This document shows positions 11,611 through 23,113 of a stretch of DNA of 64,000 bases, in pieces; within the stretch, counting starts at the first letter, position 1, and each line of letters begins with the position of its first letter. Position numbers and translations under genes: made by a program. Source of the DNA: Felis catus. Taxonomy: Eukaryota. A model generated the notes under the pieces. The model did not search any database and was not told the DNA's origin. It was given only the letters and a program-made list of their open reading frames with translations. The stretch covers positions 105,588,001-105,652,000 of the forward strand of contig NC_058373.1 in assembly GCF_018350175.1 (NCBI RefSeq). The letters run 5' to 3'.

Positions 11611-11950
11611 GCAAAAATAAATCAACATTAAAAAAAAAAATTAAAGGCTATTGTGACAGATGTGCCACAGTCCTATCTGAAGGTGAAGGATCTAGAAAAG
11701 AAACGGAAAATCTTGTATGGAGAAACACCAGCGGCAACCTATACTGAAAAGAAAAAGTGTCAGACAAGAGAATTGGGACATTCAAAAAACCTTAAGAGGT
11801 TTCAGGAAGAATAACTGCACTTCAGCAGAGACCCTACTCAGAACATATTACATTACAAAACTGTTAGCGTAACATTTCCGCACATGAGATGGAACACTTG
11901 AGGACAGAAGGCTACAGGAAGGACGAAACTCAATCAGGTTTAGGTGACCA
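11315..11950 (+). mobile_element. Possible CR1/L3 ORF1-ORF2 relic split by a SINE
   Basis: With the SINE removed, KVIVTD..SYLK resembles CR1 ORF1 esterase RVIVVGDSLLRG; 11880-11930 resembles endonuclease HDWNxxIEGY..RKDR. Very decayed. Confidence 0.3.
11435..11642 (+). mobile_element. Can-SINE
   Basis: TSD aaagg(t/c)tattgtgaca. Confidence 0.95.
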
Positions 11951-12339
11951 CAACACCAAGATACAGTTCTTTTTAAAGTTGCGACTTGAGAACACCAAAC
12001 TAAAAAGTCATTCCTGACAGTAAAGTAATTCTTTATTGTTCACACCTAGCTCATCCATGTGAGTTTGACTTAACCATATACTATGCTGACGTGAAAGCCA
12101 TTCCAAATGATCATCCCAGTAAAAAAAAAAAGCACAGAAAAGGTGTGGGTTACAGCTTATGGACTTGTTGGGCCCATGAACAATCCATGCTCTGTGTCCT
12201 GCCAAGTGAGATGTCTAGTCCTCGATCCCCTCTGTCCTCCCTGAGGTCCTGCCTGATTGTTGGGACTTGTTTGTACGCTTGGATTTGCTCCTGGTGGTTA
12301 TGAAGTTCTACTTCATCTCTACCAACCGTGTTCATGAGC

Positions 12340-12962
12340 TGATGGTCTTCATTCATTTTATTTTTCAGTTCGGTTGTCAGATTTTTTTCCTAATTGATTT
12401 GCATGAATTAAGGAATTGTAGAAATTGGCCCTTTTAATATCCACCAAAAATATATTTTTGGTTTGTTGTCATTTGACTTTATTTATGATGCGTATTTTTT
12501 TCTAAACAAATATTTCGATGAAGTTGACCACGTAAATATTTTAATTTCCTTTACGGTGTCTAGGCTTTATATGTATTACCTAGAAATCATTTCTTATTCT
12601 AAGATTATAAATTCATCTATGCTTTCTTCTATTCCTATACTAAATTGATGTTTTTAAATCAAAGATTAATTTTATAGTTTTAGTTAAAAAAAAACCCTCA
12701 CATTAATTTGAATTTGCTTGGTAAAAAGAATGAGGAAGGCATTTATGTATTCCTAAGTGTTAGCTAGTTTTGCATTGTGATTTACAGGTTAACTCATTTT
12801 TCTCATTTTGATTTGAATATGCTAAATTCCCATATGAATTAGAGTCTATTTCTGGATTCCCTATTCTATCCTTTGCTCTTCTCATTTCCTCTTCAGAACC
12901 AAACTGTTTTTAATTATTATAGTCCTTTTAATACATTTTATCTGATAGGGCTCATCCCCCTC
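12340..12962 (-). mobile_element. Old L1 ORF2 fragment (antisense)
   Basis: T-rich antisense L1 phrases (gtctatttctggattccctattct, aaactgtttttaattattatag). Confidence 0.7.
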
Positions 12963-13297
12963 ATAGCTTTCCTATATACAAACAACATCAAGTAAGACGA
13001 AATAATGGAAGAAAAGATCCCATTTACAACGTTAACATAAAAAAGAATTTTGCAACAAACCTAAGAAATCTGCAGACCCAAATAAAGAAAAAAAATTAAG
13101 TATCCTGAGAATGTAAGAAAAACTTGAAGGCATGCCCTGATCTTGGATATGAAGGCTCAACAGTGTGAGAGTGTCTGTTCTCCCTCAACAAATCCAAAAA
13201 TTTAATACAGTGCCAAGTAAAATACAAGATTTTGTGGAAAACTTAGCAAAGTGGCGCTGACACTTTCCCAGAGGAATAAACATTCAAGAATGGAGAA
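12963..13297 (+). mobile_element. Old L1 ORF2 fragment (sense), inverted relative to neighbour
   Basis: tagctttcctatatacaaacaac...atcccatttacaa...tcttggatatgaaggctcaac...tttaatacagtgccaagtaaaat, L1 ORF2 RT C-terminal region. Confidence 0.75.
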
Positions 13298-13449
13298 AAC
13301 TTCTTTTTATTTTTATAACTTTATAAATCTTCTCCATTCTCCTCACTTGGGCTTTTTAAAGATTTACAGAAGCAACTTGGGCTTGTGGTTACGTGACGGC
13401 AAACATTAGCGAGGTGCAGCCGTCACACCAACAGCGGACAGTGATGGAG

Positions 13450-13850
13450 AGTTCTAGGTGCTAAGCCCTGTTCCAAGTGTTATTTGGAGGAAACGTTCAT
13501 GATCTTATTTTATCCTTATGACAGCCTTATCGAGCTAGTGTCCTGATTTTACAGATGGGTAAACCAGGCACAGAGAGGTTAAGTAACTTACCCAGGATTA
13601 CTTAAGTGGTGCATATCATTTTTTTAAAAGATTTATTTAGTTTTGAAAGAGAAAGCACAAGCGAGGAAGGGGCAGAGAGAGAGGGAGACAGAAGACCTGA
13701 AGCAGGCTCCGCACTGAACAGCCGAGAGCCCGATGCGGGGCTCGAACTCACAAGCCTAGAGATCGTGACCTGATCTGAAGTTGGATCCTCAACTGACTGA
13801 GCCGCCCAGGTGCCCCCAGATCCTGGGTTTTTAACCACTGTACCATTTCA
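13450..13850 (-). mobile_element. MIR interrupted by SINE
   Basis: ttttacagatgggtaaaccaggcacagagaggttaagtaacttacccagg core. Confidence 0.8.
13619..13817 (-). mobile_element. Can-SINE
   Basis: Reverse SINE body ending ccaggtgcccc; no clean TSD. Confidence 0.92.
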
Positions 13851-14404
13851 CCTTCCTCTGGGTAAATAATAAAAAGGAAAAGTCCCTCCCATATCCCAGC
13901 CCCATTTCCTCGTCTGTTGTGTATCTGATTCATTTATGTACATATAATCATATAAAATATTCTCCTAAAATAGGGCATTTTAATATACACAATGTTCTGC
14001 ACTTTATTACTAAACACCTTATAGAGGAGTTATCCCATGAAAAGTGCATGCAGAACCATTATATTCTTTGTAGCAATCTCTGAGGATACAGACGAACCAT
14101 AACTTAGTTAACTAACTATCCTTTATTGATGGGCATTTAGGATGTGACTGCAAATTGTCAATATGTTTCCTCTTTCCTCAAGCAGCTCTTGTTAACCCTC
14201 ATTATTTCACCGTGGATCTTGTTTCAGTCTTCTCTCATACTTCATTGAAGGCAGGATGCTGGACATTGTCAGTTGTCTTCTTAAGAACCCAGCAGTAAGT
14301 CAGCTAGACCCAGGAATCCTTTCCCATCAATAAACACTTCAACAGTGAGGCTCACTTGTTGAGTTGCATTTGCTAAATCAATTATTTGAGAGTTGTTCTT
14401 TTTT

Positions 14405-14625
14405 TTTTTAAATTTTTTTTTTCAACGTTTATTTATTTTTGGGACAGAGAGAGACAGAGCATGAACGGGGGAGGGGCAGAGAGAGAGGGAGACACAGAAC
14501 CGGAAACAGGCTCCAGGCTCTGAGCCATCAGCCCAGAGCCTGACGCGGGGCTCGAACTCACAGACCGCGAGATCGTGACCTGGCTGAAGTCGGACGCTTA
14601 ACCGACTGCTCCACCCAGGCGCCCC
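14405..14625 (-). mobile_element. Young SINEC_Fc-type SINE
   Basis: Near-consensus; TSD tgttctttttt. Confidence 0.97.
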
Positions 14626-14962
14626 TGTTCTTTTTTATTGATTCTCAAACATGAGTCTGCATCTCTGTGCGTTTTCCCCCTTGAAACAGTTCCTCTGTCT
14701 GCAGTTTCTCCTTCAGTGCTATTTGCTGGTTTTTATCTTCCAAGGTTATCATAAATAATTAATCATCAATCATGAATATTTATTGACTCTTCCTGATGAG
14801 CCAGTCCCCATGTTAAAAGGCTCGTATGTATCATCTCATTTTATTCCTCATTTTTTATCATCTCTAGGCTAGTAAATGTAATATATAAGTATAGAAATCT
14901 CCCTTGTCTCCAATTTTATACATAAAGAGAAACTAAGGCATGGAGAGTTAAGAAAGTTCCTT

Positions 14963-15180
14963 AAAAAAAAAAAGAAGAAAAGTAGAAGAAGAGGAAGAGG
15001 AAGAGGAAGAGGAAGAGGAAGAAGAAGAAGAAGAAGAAGAAGAAGAAGAAGAAGAAGAAGAAGAAGAAGAAAAAGGAGGAGGAGGAGGAGGAGGAGGAAG
15101 AGGAGGAGAGGAGGAAGAGGAGAAGAAGAAGGAGAAGAAGAATAAAAAGAAGAAAAAAGAAAAGAAAAAGAAGAAGAAAA
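14963..15180 (+). repeat. Compound polypurine microsatellite (A)n-(GAAGAG)n-(GAA)n-(GGA)n inside a MIR
   Basis: About 218 bp with only two pyrimidines on the plus strand; flanked by MIR halves. Confidence 0.95.
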
Positions 15181-16064
15181 TTGCCTAAGACCTGGGGCTG
15201 GGAGGGAACCCCATGTGTCTGACTTTTAAACCCAGTCTCTTAACTTCTCTCCCAATTTTATTGCCTCTCTTTTAACCCATCACCATTTTCTCTGCTCTCT
15301 CTCTGAACACTAAAATCTTCACAAGAGGATAGTTCACTCTTTCTTGATCTCCTTTTTCATTTCTCATTACCTCAACTTTGCCTCCAACATTTCCTATTTG
15401 TTCGTTTATTTGTTTTTTGGCTTCAGTTTCCATACTTTCCCCTTTCTCTATGCATTTTATTAGCCATTACCACAGCTGGGAGCATTTATTTGTTTTTAAA
15501 AAAGACTTTGGCTTTCTTCCTTCCTTTGAGTTTCTTTGTATCATTTTTTAAACATGCCCTGCCATTCTTTTATCCTTTCCAAAGCCAGGAGGGCTCTCAT
15601 CAACTCAATGATTCTTCTTACAAAGGTATTTCGTTTGAAGATAACTTGATTACCTGCCATATACCTCTGTAAAATATCCCTCATTTTGATAAATTATTTT
15701 CAGTTATTTCCTTATCATTAATAAAGTGATTTTATTCCTTTTGTGGCTCTTAAACTTCCTGGGCTCAAGGCCTTTCTGGGGGACAGTTAGCATGTGTGCT
15801 AAGTAAGTAATCTTTAAGTTATCTGTTCTTATCGAGGGATTCTAAATGTTTCGATTTGGGGGCCACTTTGATTTATTTCCAGGCCCATCACCTTTTCCAA
15901 AATCTCACTTGAAACTTCTTGCCACTGCGGCTTTTAGTATTATATGTAGGAAGTGAGAGCTAGGGCCTCCCTCTCCTTCCCCCTTTCCAATTCACCCCTG
16001 TGACCATGCATATTCCCACAAAAATCTTGGCCTTTTAAGCTTCCAGATTGTATGTTTCATAGTG

Positions 16065-16278
16065 TTTTTTTTTTTCAACGTTTATTTATTTTTGGGACAG
16101 AGAGAGACAGAGCATGAACGGGGGAGGGGCAGAGAGAGAGGGAGACACAGAATCGGAAACAGGCTCCAGGCTCTGAGCCATCAGCCCAGAGCCCGACGCG
16201 GGGCTCGAACTCCCGGACGGCGAGATCGTGACCTGGCTGAAGTCGGACGCTTAACCGACTGCGCCACCCAGGCACCCC
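16065..16278 (-). mobile_element. Young SINEC_Fc-type SINE
   Basis: Near-consensus; TSD cagattgtatgttt at 16044-16057 and 16279-16292. Confidence 0.97.
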
Positions 16279-16454
16279 CAGATTGTATGTTTAAAAAGGG
16301 GGAAAAAGAAATAAATCTGCCCTCCAGTCTCATTTCCCTTCTGTATTGACTAGAATTCTGGAGCCCTTGTTCTAGGCCTTTCGTTTACGGTACATTTTCT
16401 TATTTATATTTAGCCCTGCTTTCCCATTCTAACCTTTATGTTATGAGGAGGCCC

Positions 16455-16660
16455 TGTGATATCCTGGAAAAGCCCAAAGCTTTGGAGCAAGACAGAACCG
16501 GTTTTGAATCTGGTTCTGCCATTTACTCTCTTATGTGACCCTAAATAAACTACTGAATGTCCTCCAGCCTGATTTTTCATCTTAGTGGTAAGAAAATTTA
16601 CTCTGTGATGTTGTAGGGATGAAAGGAAAAGAATATATGCCTGGATATAGCCAATGTTGT
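16455..16660 (+). mobile_element. MIR
   Basis: gctttggagcaagacagaaccggttttgaatctggttctgccatttact...tgtgaccct head and core. Confidence 0.75.
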
Positions 16661-16866
16661 ATAACTGGCAGCTGCTATGATGAGTGTTGTCATGATTACT
16701 TGGTCCCGATGGCCTGTAGCGTTTACATTCGGTAACTTGGATTTGATTAGTTGGACTTTGTGATTTTTGTTCCATTCGGTTGTTCTTTGCACTTTCTCTG
16801 TCTTTTTTTTTTTTTTTTTTTTATTCCCTCGTTGATTCTTTGCACCTTATCTTTTACCTGTCAGGT

Positions 16867-17100
16867 TTTTTTTTTTTTTTAAGCCACTGTATTGTATCAT
16901 TGACTCACAAAATGTTGTACCTATTTAATAAATACAACTTGCTGAATTTGGAGATAAGTACACACATGAAACCACCATCACAATCTATGCTGCAAACGTA
17001 TGCATCACCTCTAAAAGTTTCCTCGTGCCCTCTTCATTTTGATTATCGTTGTTATTTTGTGATAAGAACACTTAAATAAGATCTACCCTTGATAAATTTT
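16867..17100 (-). mobile_element. L1 3' end fragment (L1MA-like)
   Basis: T-run followed by catgaaaccaccatcacaatc...gtgataagaacacttaa.ataagatctaccct. Confidence 0.8.
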
Positions 17101-17589
17101 TATATTTCACTTCTTTCCATCCACTATGATCATGTAATTTTTTCCGCACTTGTCCTTCTATTACCTTCTCTGGATGCTTCCTTTATTTCCTTCTCCATTT
17201 CCTTTTCTGCAGGCATTTTCTTTTCACTATATTGGAGTAGTGGTAATGTACTTACAAGATAATAATCAGATTAAAAGAAATTTACCAAAATCTCCAACAA
17301 TTGAGAGAACAAAGAGACCATGAATACGTGCTTTGGAAAGCAACCAAAATGTGCATGGAAATGATCTGAAAGTAAAAGAAGTTGGTAATATGATTCTAAG
17401 AGAATTACAAAAGAACATTTCAACTGCGTAGCTCCCAGTTTAGAAAAAGACCATGAGTAGAAGGTGGTAAATGGTCAGCCTGACAGGATGTTTCTCCAAA
17501 TGTGGTCCATGGACCTATATGACAGAAAAAGTAAACCTTGAGGTACCTACGTCTGGACCCCACTTCGTATCTACTAGTCAGAACTAAAT

Positions 17590-17990
17590 AGGTTTTGCCG
17601 AAATTTTCATGGCTTAATACAACAGGAGTTTATTTCTTGGTAACCCAAACTCAGATCCATGTCTGGCAACTCTCTACAACAGCCTACTTCCATTCAGGGA
17701 CTCACTCACCTAAGTTGCTTTGTTCTTGGGGCCCCTCCGTCTCACATGAGGACTTTGCAGTCGTGGCAGCAGGGCAAGAGGAATGAATGGAGAAATACAC
17801 TAGGGTTTCTCACTGCCTCTGCCTAAATGGGTGGCACATGTCACTTCCGATCACATTTTATTGTCTGGAACCAGTCATGTAGCCCTGCCCAACTCCAGGG
17901 GAGGTAGTAAGTATAATGTCGCTTATGCCAGGAAGGAGGGGAGAATTAGATACATGGGTGAGCACCAGTAATGTCTTCAACGCCTACTGA
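17590..17990 (-). mobile_element. MaLR LTR (MLT1J/K/L-like)
   Basis: atggcttaatacaacaggagtttatttctt...tcacttccgatcacattttattgtctggaaccagtcatgtagccctgcccaac. Confidence 0.75.
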
Positions 17991-18057
17991 ATTGACACTT
18001 AATGTGGGTGTGAGTTTGGGGGGAGGAAATCCATGTTTAAACAAGTTTCCACCCCCA

Positions 18058-18315
18058 CAGGGAACTCTTATGCACTGTTGGTGGAAATATAAATTGGTGC
18101 AGTCACTGTGGAAAACAGTATGGAGTTTCCTCAAAAAATTAAAAATAGAAATACCCTATGATCCAGTAATTCCACTCTGGGCACATGTCCAAATGAAATG
18201 AAATCAATATTTTGAAGAGATACTGGCACTTCCATGTTCATTGCAGCATTATTCACAATAGCCAAGATATGGAAACAACCTAAGCATCCGTCAATGGATG
18301 AATGGATAAAGATGT

Positions 18316-18360
<45 letters not shown>

Positions 18361-18870
18361 GGTTACTTTTCAGCCATGAGAAAAAAGTAAATCCTGCTAT
18401 TTGTGACAGTACGGGATGAACCTTGAGGGTATTACGCTAAATGAAATAAGTCAGATAGAAAAATAAATACTGTATGATCTCACGTATATGTGGAATCTAA
18501 AAAAGCCAAACTCATAAAAACAGAAAGTAGAATGGTGTTTACCAGGGGGTGGGGAGTAGGGAAAGTGAGAAGACGTTGGTCAAACGGCACAAACTTCTAG
18601 TTATAAAATGAAAAAGTTCTAGGGAATCTAAGTACAGCATGGTGATTATAGTTGGTAATAATGTTTTCATATACTTGAAAACTGCTAGGAGAGTAGATCT
18701 TCAATGCTTTCACCAAAACAAAGAAATCATAATTATGTGAAGTGATGGAGTTATTAACCAACTTTATCGTGGTAATCATTTTGCAAAATTAAGTACATGA
18801 AATCAACATACTGTATACCTTAAAATATACAGTGTTTTATCTCAATTTTATCATAAAAAATCAAATAAAG
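18058..18870 (+). mobile_element. L1 3' end (L1MA9-like) containing (CA)n at 18317-18357
   Basis: ORF2 C-terminus [29 protein letters not shown] in ORF 17971-18201, then L1MA-type 3' UTR and A-rich tail. Confidence 0.92.
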
Positions 18871-19169
18871 AAGAGCCCCAGGTGATATTAAATGCTGGAA
18901 ATCTGTTCCCTAGAGGACAAAACATGAACACTGCAGGGGCCAGAAGTTGGCAGTTCCCCTACTGAAGTACTGTCCAAGGCAGACGTGACTGTATGTGACT
19001 TGGCGTGAGGGAAATGTCCTGATGCAATGGCAGCTGCCAAGAATACTACCACATGGCGACACGGCTACCTGAGGAGTCACAAAACAGAAAGGCCCACGGA
19101 CCACATTAATAACTCTAATAATCCGATTTATTTCCGCAGATCAATTTAAAACTCACAGCCAGAAGCTAG

Positions 19170-19640
19170 GTATCTTAGTTTCTTAGAGCTGCCATACCAA
19201 AATACTACGCACCGGATAGCTTTAAAACAACAGACATTTATTTATCCTCTCATAGTTCTGGAAAATGAAAGTCTGAAATCAAGACGTTGGTAGGTGCATA
19301 CTCCCTCTGAAGGCTCCAGGGGAGGACCTTCCTCGCCCGTTCCTAGCTCCGATTGGTTCCTGCCAATCCTTTGATGCCCCTTCTCTTGTAAATGCCTCAC
19401 TTCAATCTCTGCCTCCATCTACACATGACATTATTTATCTGTGTGTGTGTTTCTGTGTGTCTTGCTGTAAGAACGCTAGTGATGAGATTTAGGGCCCATC
19501 TTACTCTAGTATGACTTCACCTTTACTTGATTACATCTGCAAAGACCCTACTTTCAAAAAAGATTCACCTTCATGGGTACGTAGGGCTAGGACGTCAGCA
19601 CATCTTTTATGGGTAGTGATGCACAACTCCACTCACAACA
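19170..19640 (-). mobile_element. MaLR LTR (MLT1B/C-like)
   Basis: tatcttagtttcttagagctgccataccaaaatact...ctcatagttctggaaa...aagtctgaaatcaag...acatctgcaaagaccctactttc. Confidence 0.85.
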
Positions 19641-19809
19641 CAGGGGAAAGAAATGGTGGAAAGCTCACACCACAAAATTCCCGAGTTATACAATGATCAC
19701 ATGACTTTCCATCTCTCTGCCACATCAGCCTTCTCCTTTATTGATGTGGTTACAAGGACCAGTGTTGAGGTTTGAGTAAGAGGATCCAATAAGAACGTAT
19801 CTGGGCTTC

Positions 19810-19999
19810 GGGCCCCTGGGTGGTTCAGTCAGTTAAGTGTCCGACTTTGGCTCAGGTCATGATCTCACAGTTCCTGAGTTGGAACCCCATGTAGGGCTCT
19901 GTGCTGACGAGTTCTGTGTCTCCCTCTCTCAGCCTCTCCCCTGCTCACCCTGTCTCTCTCTCTCTCTCAAAAATAAATGTTGAAAAGATATCTTTTAAA
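19810..19999 (+). mobile_element. Can-SINE with internal deletion
   Basis: TSD aagaa(c/a)gtatctggg. Confidence 0.93.
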
Positions 20000-20167
20000 A
20001 AGAAAGTATCTGGGTTCAATGACAAGCACTTGTTTTATTAGAGAGATACAACTGTAGCTTATCATTTAGTCTACTGAGCAGCTATGGGCAGAAAACACAA
20101 GGGACCAGGATGGATGTCACCAGTGGATGATCAAATTAGCCTTCGGGAATGGAGTCTCATATCTAAT

Positions 20168-20391
20168 GTTTTGTTTTGTTTTGTTTTTTTAATGTTTACT
20201 GATATTTGAGAGTTAGAGACAGAGCATGAGTGGGGGAGGGGCAGAGAGAGAGGGAGACACAGAATCCGAAGCAGGCTCCAGGCTCTGAGCTGTCAGCACA
20301 GAGCCCAACGCAGGGCCTGAACCCACGAACCGTGAGATCATGACCTGAGCCGAAGTTGGACGCTTAACCAACTGAGCCACCCAGGTGCCCC
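20168..20391 (-). mobile_element. Can-SINE
   Basis: Reverse SINE; TSD ctcatatct. Confidence 0.95.
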
Positions 20392-20859
20392 TCATATCTC
20401 CTGTTTTAATGTATCATGAATATACACGAATATTTATAATATTCATGACCAAGTGTTATTTGGCCCTTCCATACTTTTTATCTCTTTTATCTTCCATCCT
20501 ATTGTTTTCTTTTTATCGAGAAAATGTAAGTGAAGCATATTGAACACTCATTATGCTCTACTTATGTTTCCTATTTCTAAATATGTCATCCAAGTTACTA
20601 AATTGCATGCGCACACACACATATACTTGAAACATCTTGAGTCTCATGCATCCCATTTGTTTTCTTGTCTTCTATAGCAATATTGAATATTCTCAAGCAA
20701 TACATCAAGCATCTATCAAAAGCATTTAAATAACAGAAAACCTTTACCGAGTCCTTATTATATGCCCTCAACACATTATAGGCGTTAAGTTGATCATCAC
20801 AATTACTCTCTAAGGACATAGTTTTTAATAAAGTATGAATTGATTCATAAGAAACCAAG

Positions 20860-21796
20860 ATGATTTTGCTACCTGGAGGGAGGGCTCTGTATATCAAAAA
20901 CTTAAAACATGTGGAATTGGTTTGAGACCGGGTGGAGGGTACAAGGTGGTTGGGCCTCTAGGAGGGTGTTGGCAGAAGCCTGTAGAGCCTGGAGGAAGCT
21001 GCTGGTTGAGGGCAGAAAGGAAATTAAGGAAAATGTTATTGGAAGCGAGAATAAAGGGATCCTTGTTATGCAGCAGTAGAAGGTTTGGAAACACTGTTGC
21101 CTGAAGTAGTGTGGAAAATAAGAAATGTACCTATTGAGTGCTCTAGCTAAGGAGACTTTCAGGAAGAATATTAGAAGTGCTGCCTGGTTTCCTCTCACTG
21201 TCTATGGTTAAAAAATGAGAAGAGATAGGGAGATAAAGAATGAACTATTAAATATAAAGAAGCCAGGACTTGCTGGATTTGAAAACGAAGCCATTTCTCT
21301 CCTAGCTTCTCCAGATGGCATGCAATTCTCAAATTAAGCGAGGGCCTCAGGCCAAAGATCAAATCCAGGGTGGGACTATCAAATCCTTTGTTAAGACTTC
21401 AGAAAGATCTGAGGCAGTGCCTCGTAGAATTTTTCAGACAGACAAAAGGTCCAGTAAGGATTTGAAGGGATGCCTCTTAGATGCTCCTCATTAAAAACAA
21501 AAGGCTTCTAAGTATCGTAAGGATGTTTGTTCCATAGCAGCCTCGCGGGGAGCCCAAGTAAAGAAGGACTTATTTTGAAGAGATTTGCGGTTAGGGCTTA
21601 TGTCAAATAGAATAACCGCAATGTGATTTATACAAAACCCAAAATGTCAGAAAATTGTTGTAGTGGAATACCAGCTTGGCCTAAAGAGATGGAACAAAAC
21701 AAAAAAGAAGTGTGATGCTGTGATGGGGGTCTTGGAAGGGTGCATGTATTCTGCACATGAGAAGAACATAAATTATTTGTGGCCAGAGAGCAGACC
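20860..21796 (+). mobile_element. MaLR internal region (MLT1-int-like)
   Basis: cttaaaacatgtggaattggtttgagaccgggt...gggatccttgttatgcag...ctagctaaggagactttcagg; ends with gtattctgcacatgagaagaacataaatt...ggccagag just before the LTR. Confidence 0.75.
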
Positions 21797-22300
21797 TTGC
21801 AGTTTTAAAGCATTACCCTACAGTTCTTTGACACGTTCCCCATTGAGAGGCATGCGTGGCCCTACACCCGCCCCTTTTGCATCTGTGCGCTGTGGCTGCT
21901 GGGCTAATAGAATATGGCAGGTGCCAGTTTCTGGTCAAGAGCCTTAGGAGAGGAACAGCTTTTGCTTTCTGTCACTAGGGGCACTTGCTCTTGGAATTCA
22001 GCCACCACAGTTTAAGGAAGCCTCAGAAAGAAGCCTACGGGAAGGCCCACGTTGAGGAACTGAATCCTGGGACCATAGTCCCAACTGACAACCCAAATAA
22101 CAGTCAGGACCAACTTGCCATCTTGTAAATGGATCCCGCAGCCCCACACTGGGCCACCCCAACTAATGCCATGGGCTATATATATGAGTTGTCCCTGTCA
22201 AGTCCTGCCAAATGGCAGATTCGAAAGAAAAAAAAAAAAGATTATTGAGTAAAGTCATTGAATTTTAGTGATTTGGTATGTAGGACTAGATAACCGGAAT
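21797..22300 (+). mobile_element. MaLR 3' LTR (MLT1F/G-like)
   Basis: gttctttgacacgttccccattgagagg...ggcccacgttgaggaactga...ctagataaccggaa. Confidence 0.8.
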
Positions 22301-22444
22301 GTCCCATTTTACAGAGGAGAAAATTGAGACACAGAGATTAAATCAAATGCTCAGGGCCACGTAGCGAGCAAGTGACAAATCCATGTGCTACGCAGTGTGG
22401 GGTTTTAGTTCTGTGCCTCAGGACTTCTCTTGTGCCAGTGCCAT

Positions 22445-22797
22445 TGAAAGGGCGGGCCTACGCCTGCTGACTCCATCTTGTTCTGTGTCCTTCACCTTGA
22501 CCACACCTCCTCCCCTTGAGTAACCCCCCCCTCACCTGCCTAACAGGACTCGGACCCTTCCCCAGGACCCTTCCCCAGCCAATCGGCTGAGGCCATAGCC
22601 ATTACCTCACCAACTGCCCCTAGGCCCCAATAAAACCTTTGTCCTTTTGAAACTTGCTCTCTCTCCCTGGTATCTCACCGCTGGGTTGGTGCAGGTAGGG
22701 GATTGAGCTCGAGTTAGCTCGAATAAAGGCTCTTTTGCTTTTGCATCGGACTCGGCTCCCTGGTGGTCTTTGGGGATCACGAATTCTGGGCATAACA
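22445..22797 (+). mobile_element. Intact solo LTR of a feline class I (gammaretrovirus-like) ERV
   Basis: TG...CA termini, perfect 4-bp TSD CCAT (22441-22444, 22798-22801), CCAAT 22579-22583, TATA-like AATAAAA 22629-22635, polyA signal AATAAA 22722-22727, CpGs retained. Confidence 0.93.
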
Positions 22798-23063
22798 CCA
22801 TCTACACCAGGCGATACTCCAGTTGTTTGCTTTCCCCTGGAGACTGTCTGTGGGGAAGACTGTCCTTGTGCGTGTATACACGGACATTTGGGTTCATATA
22901 TCTCTGTGAGCCTGGGCTTTGGATCCAGTCCCAGTGTTGACAAAATCCAGCTTTTTGCAAGGCTGAAGGCCAGACCCTGGAGCTGGGTGAGCACATCAGC
23001 ACATGCAAAGTCTTCAAGAGGCTGGCAGCCAGCAACTTCTCTGGCCCATGGGCTGGCATGTCT

Positions 23064-23065
<2 letters not shown>

Positions 23066-23111
<46 letters not shown>
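23066..23111 (+). repeat. (CA)n microsatellite
   Basis: Pure CA run. Confidence 0.97.

Positions 23112-23113
<2 letters not shown>

Larger units (their letters stand above)
17488..18912. mobile_element. MER5-like hAT DNA transposon split into three pieces by MLT1 and L1 insertions
   Basis: Pieces: 17488-17585 (tttctccaaatgtggtccatggacc...atctactagtcagaa), ~18005-18057 (ggaaatccatgtttaaacaag), ~18871-18912 (ccccaggtgat). Confidence 0.5.
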
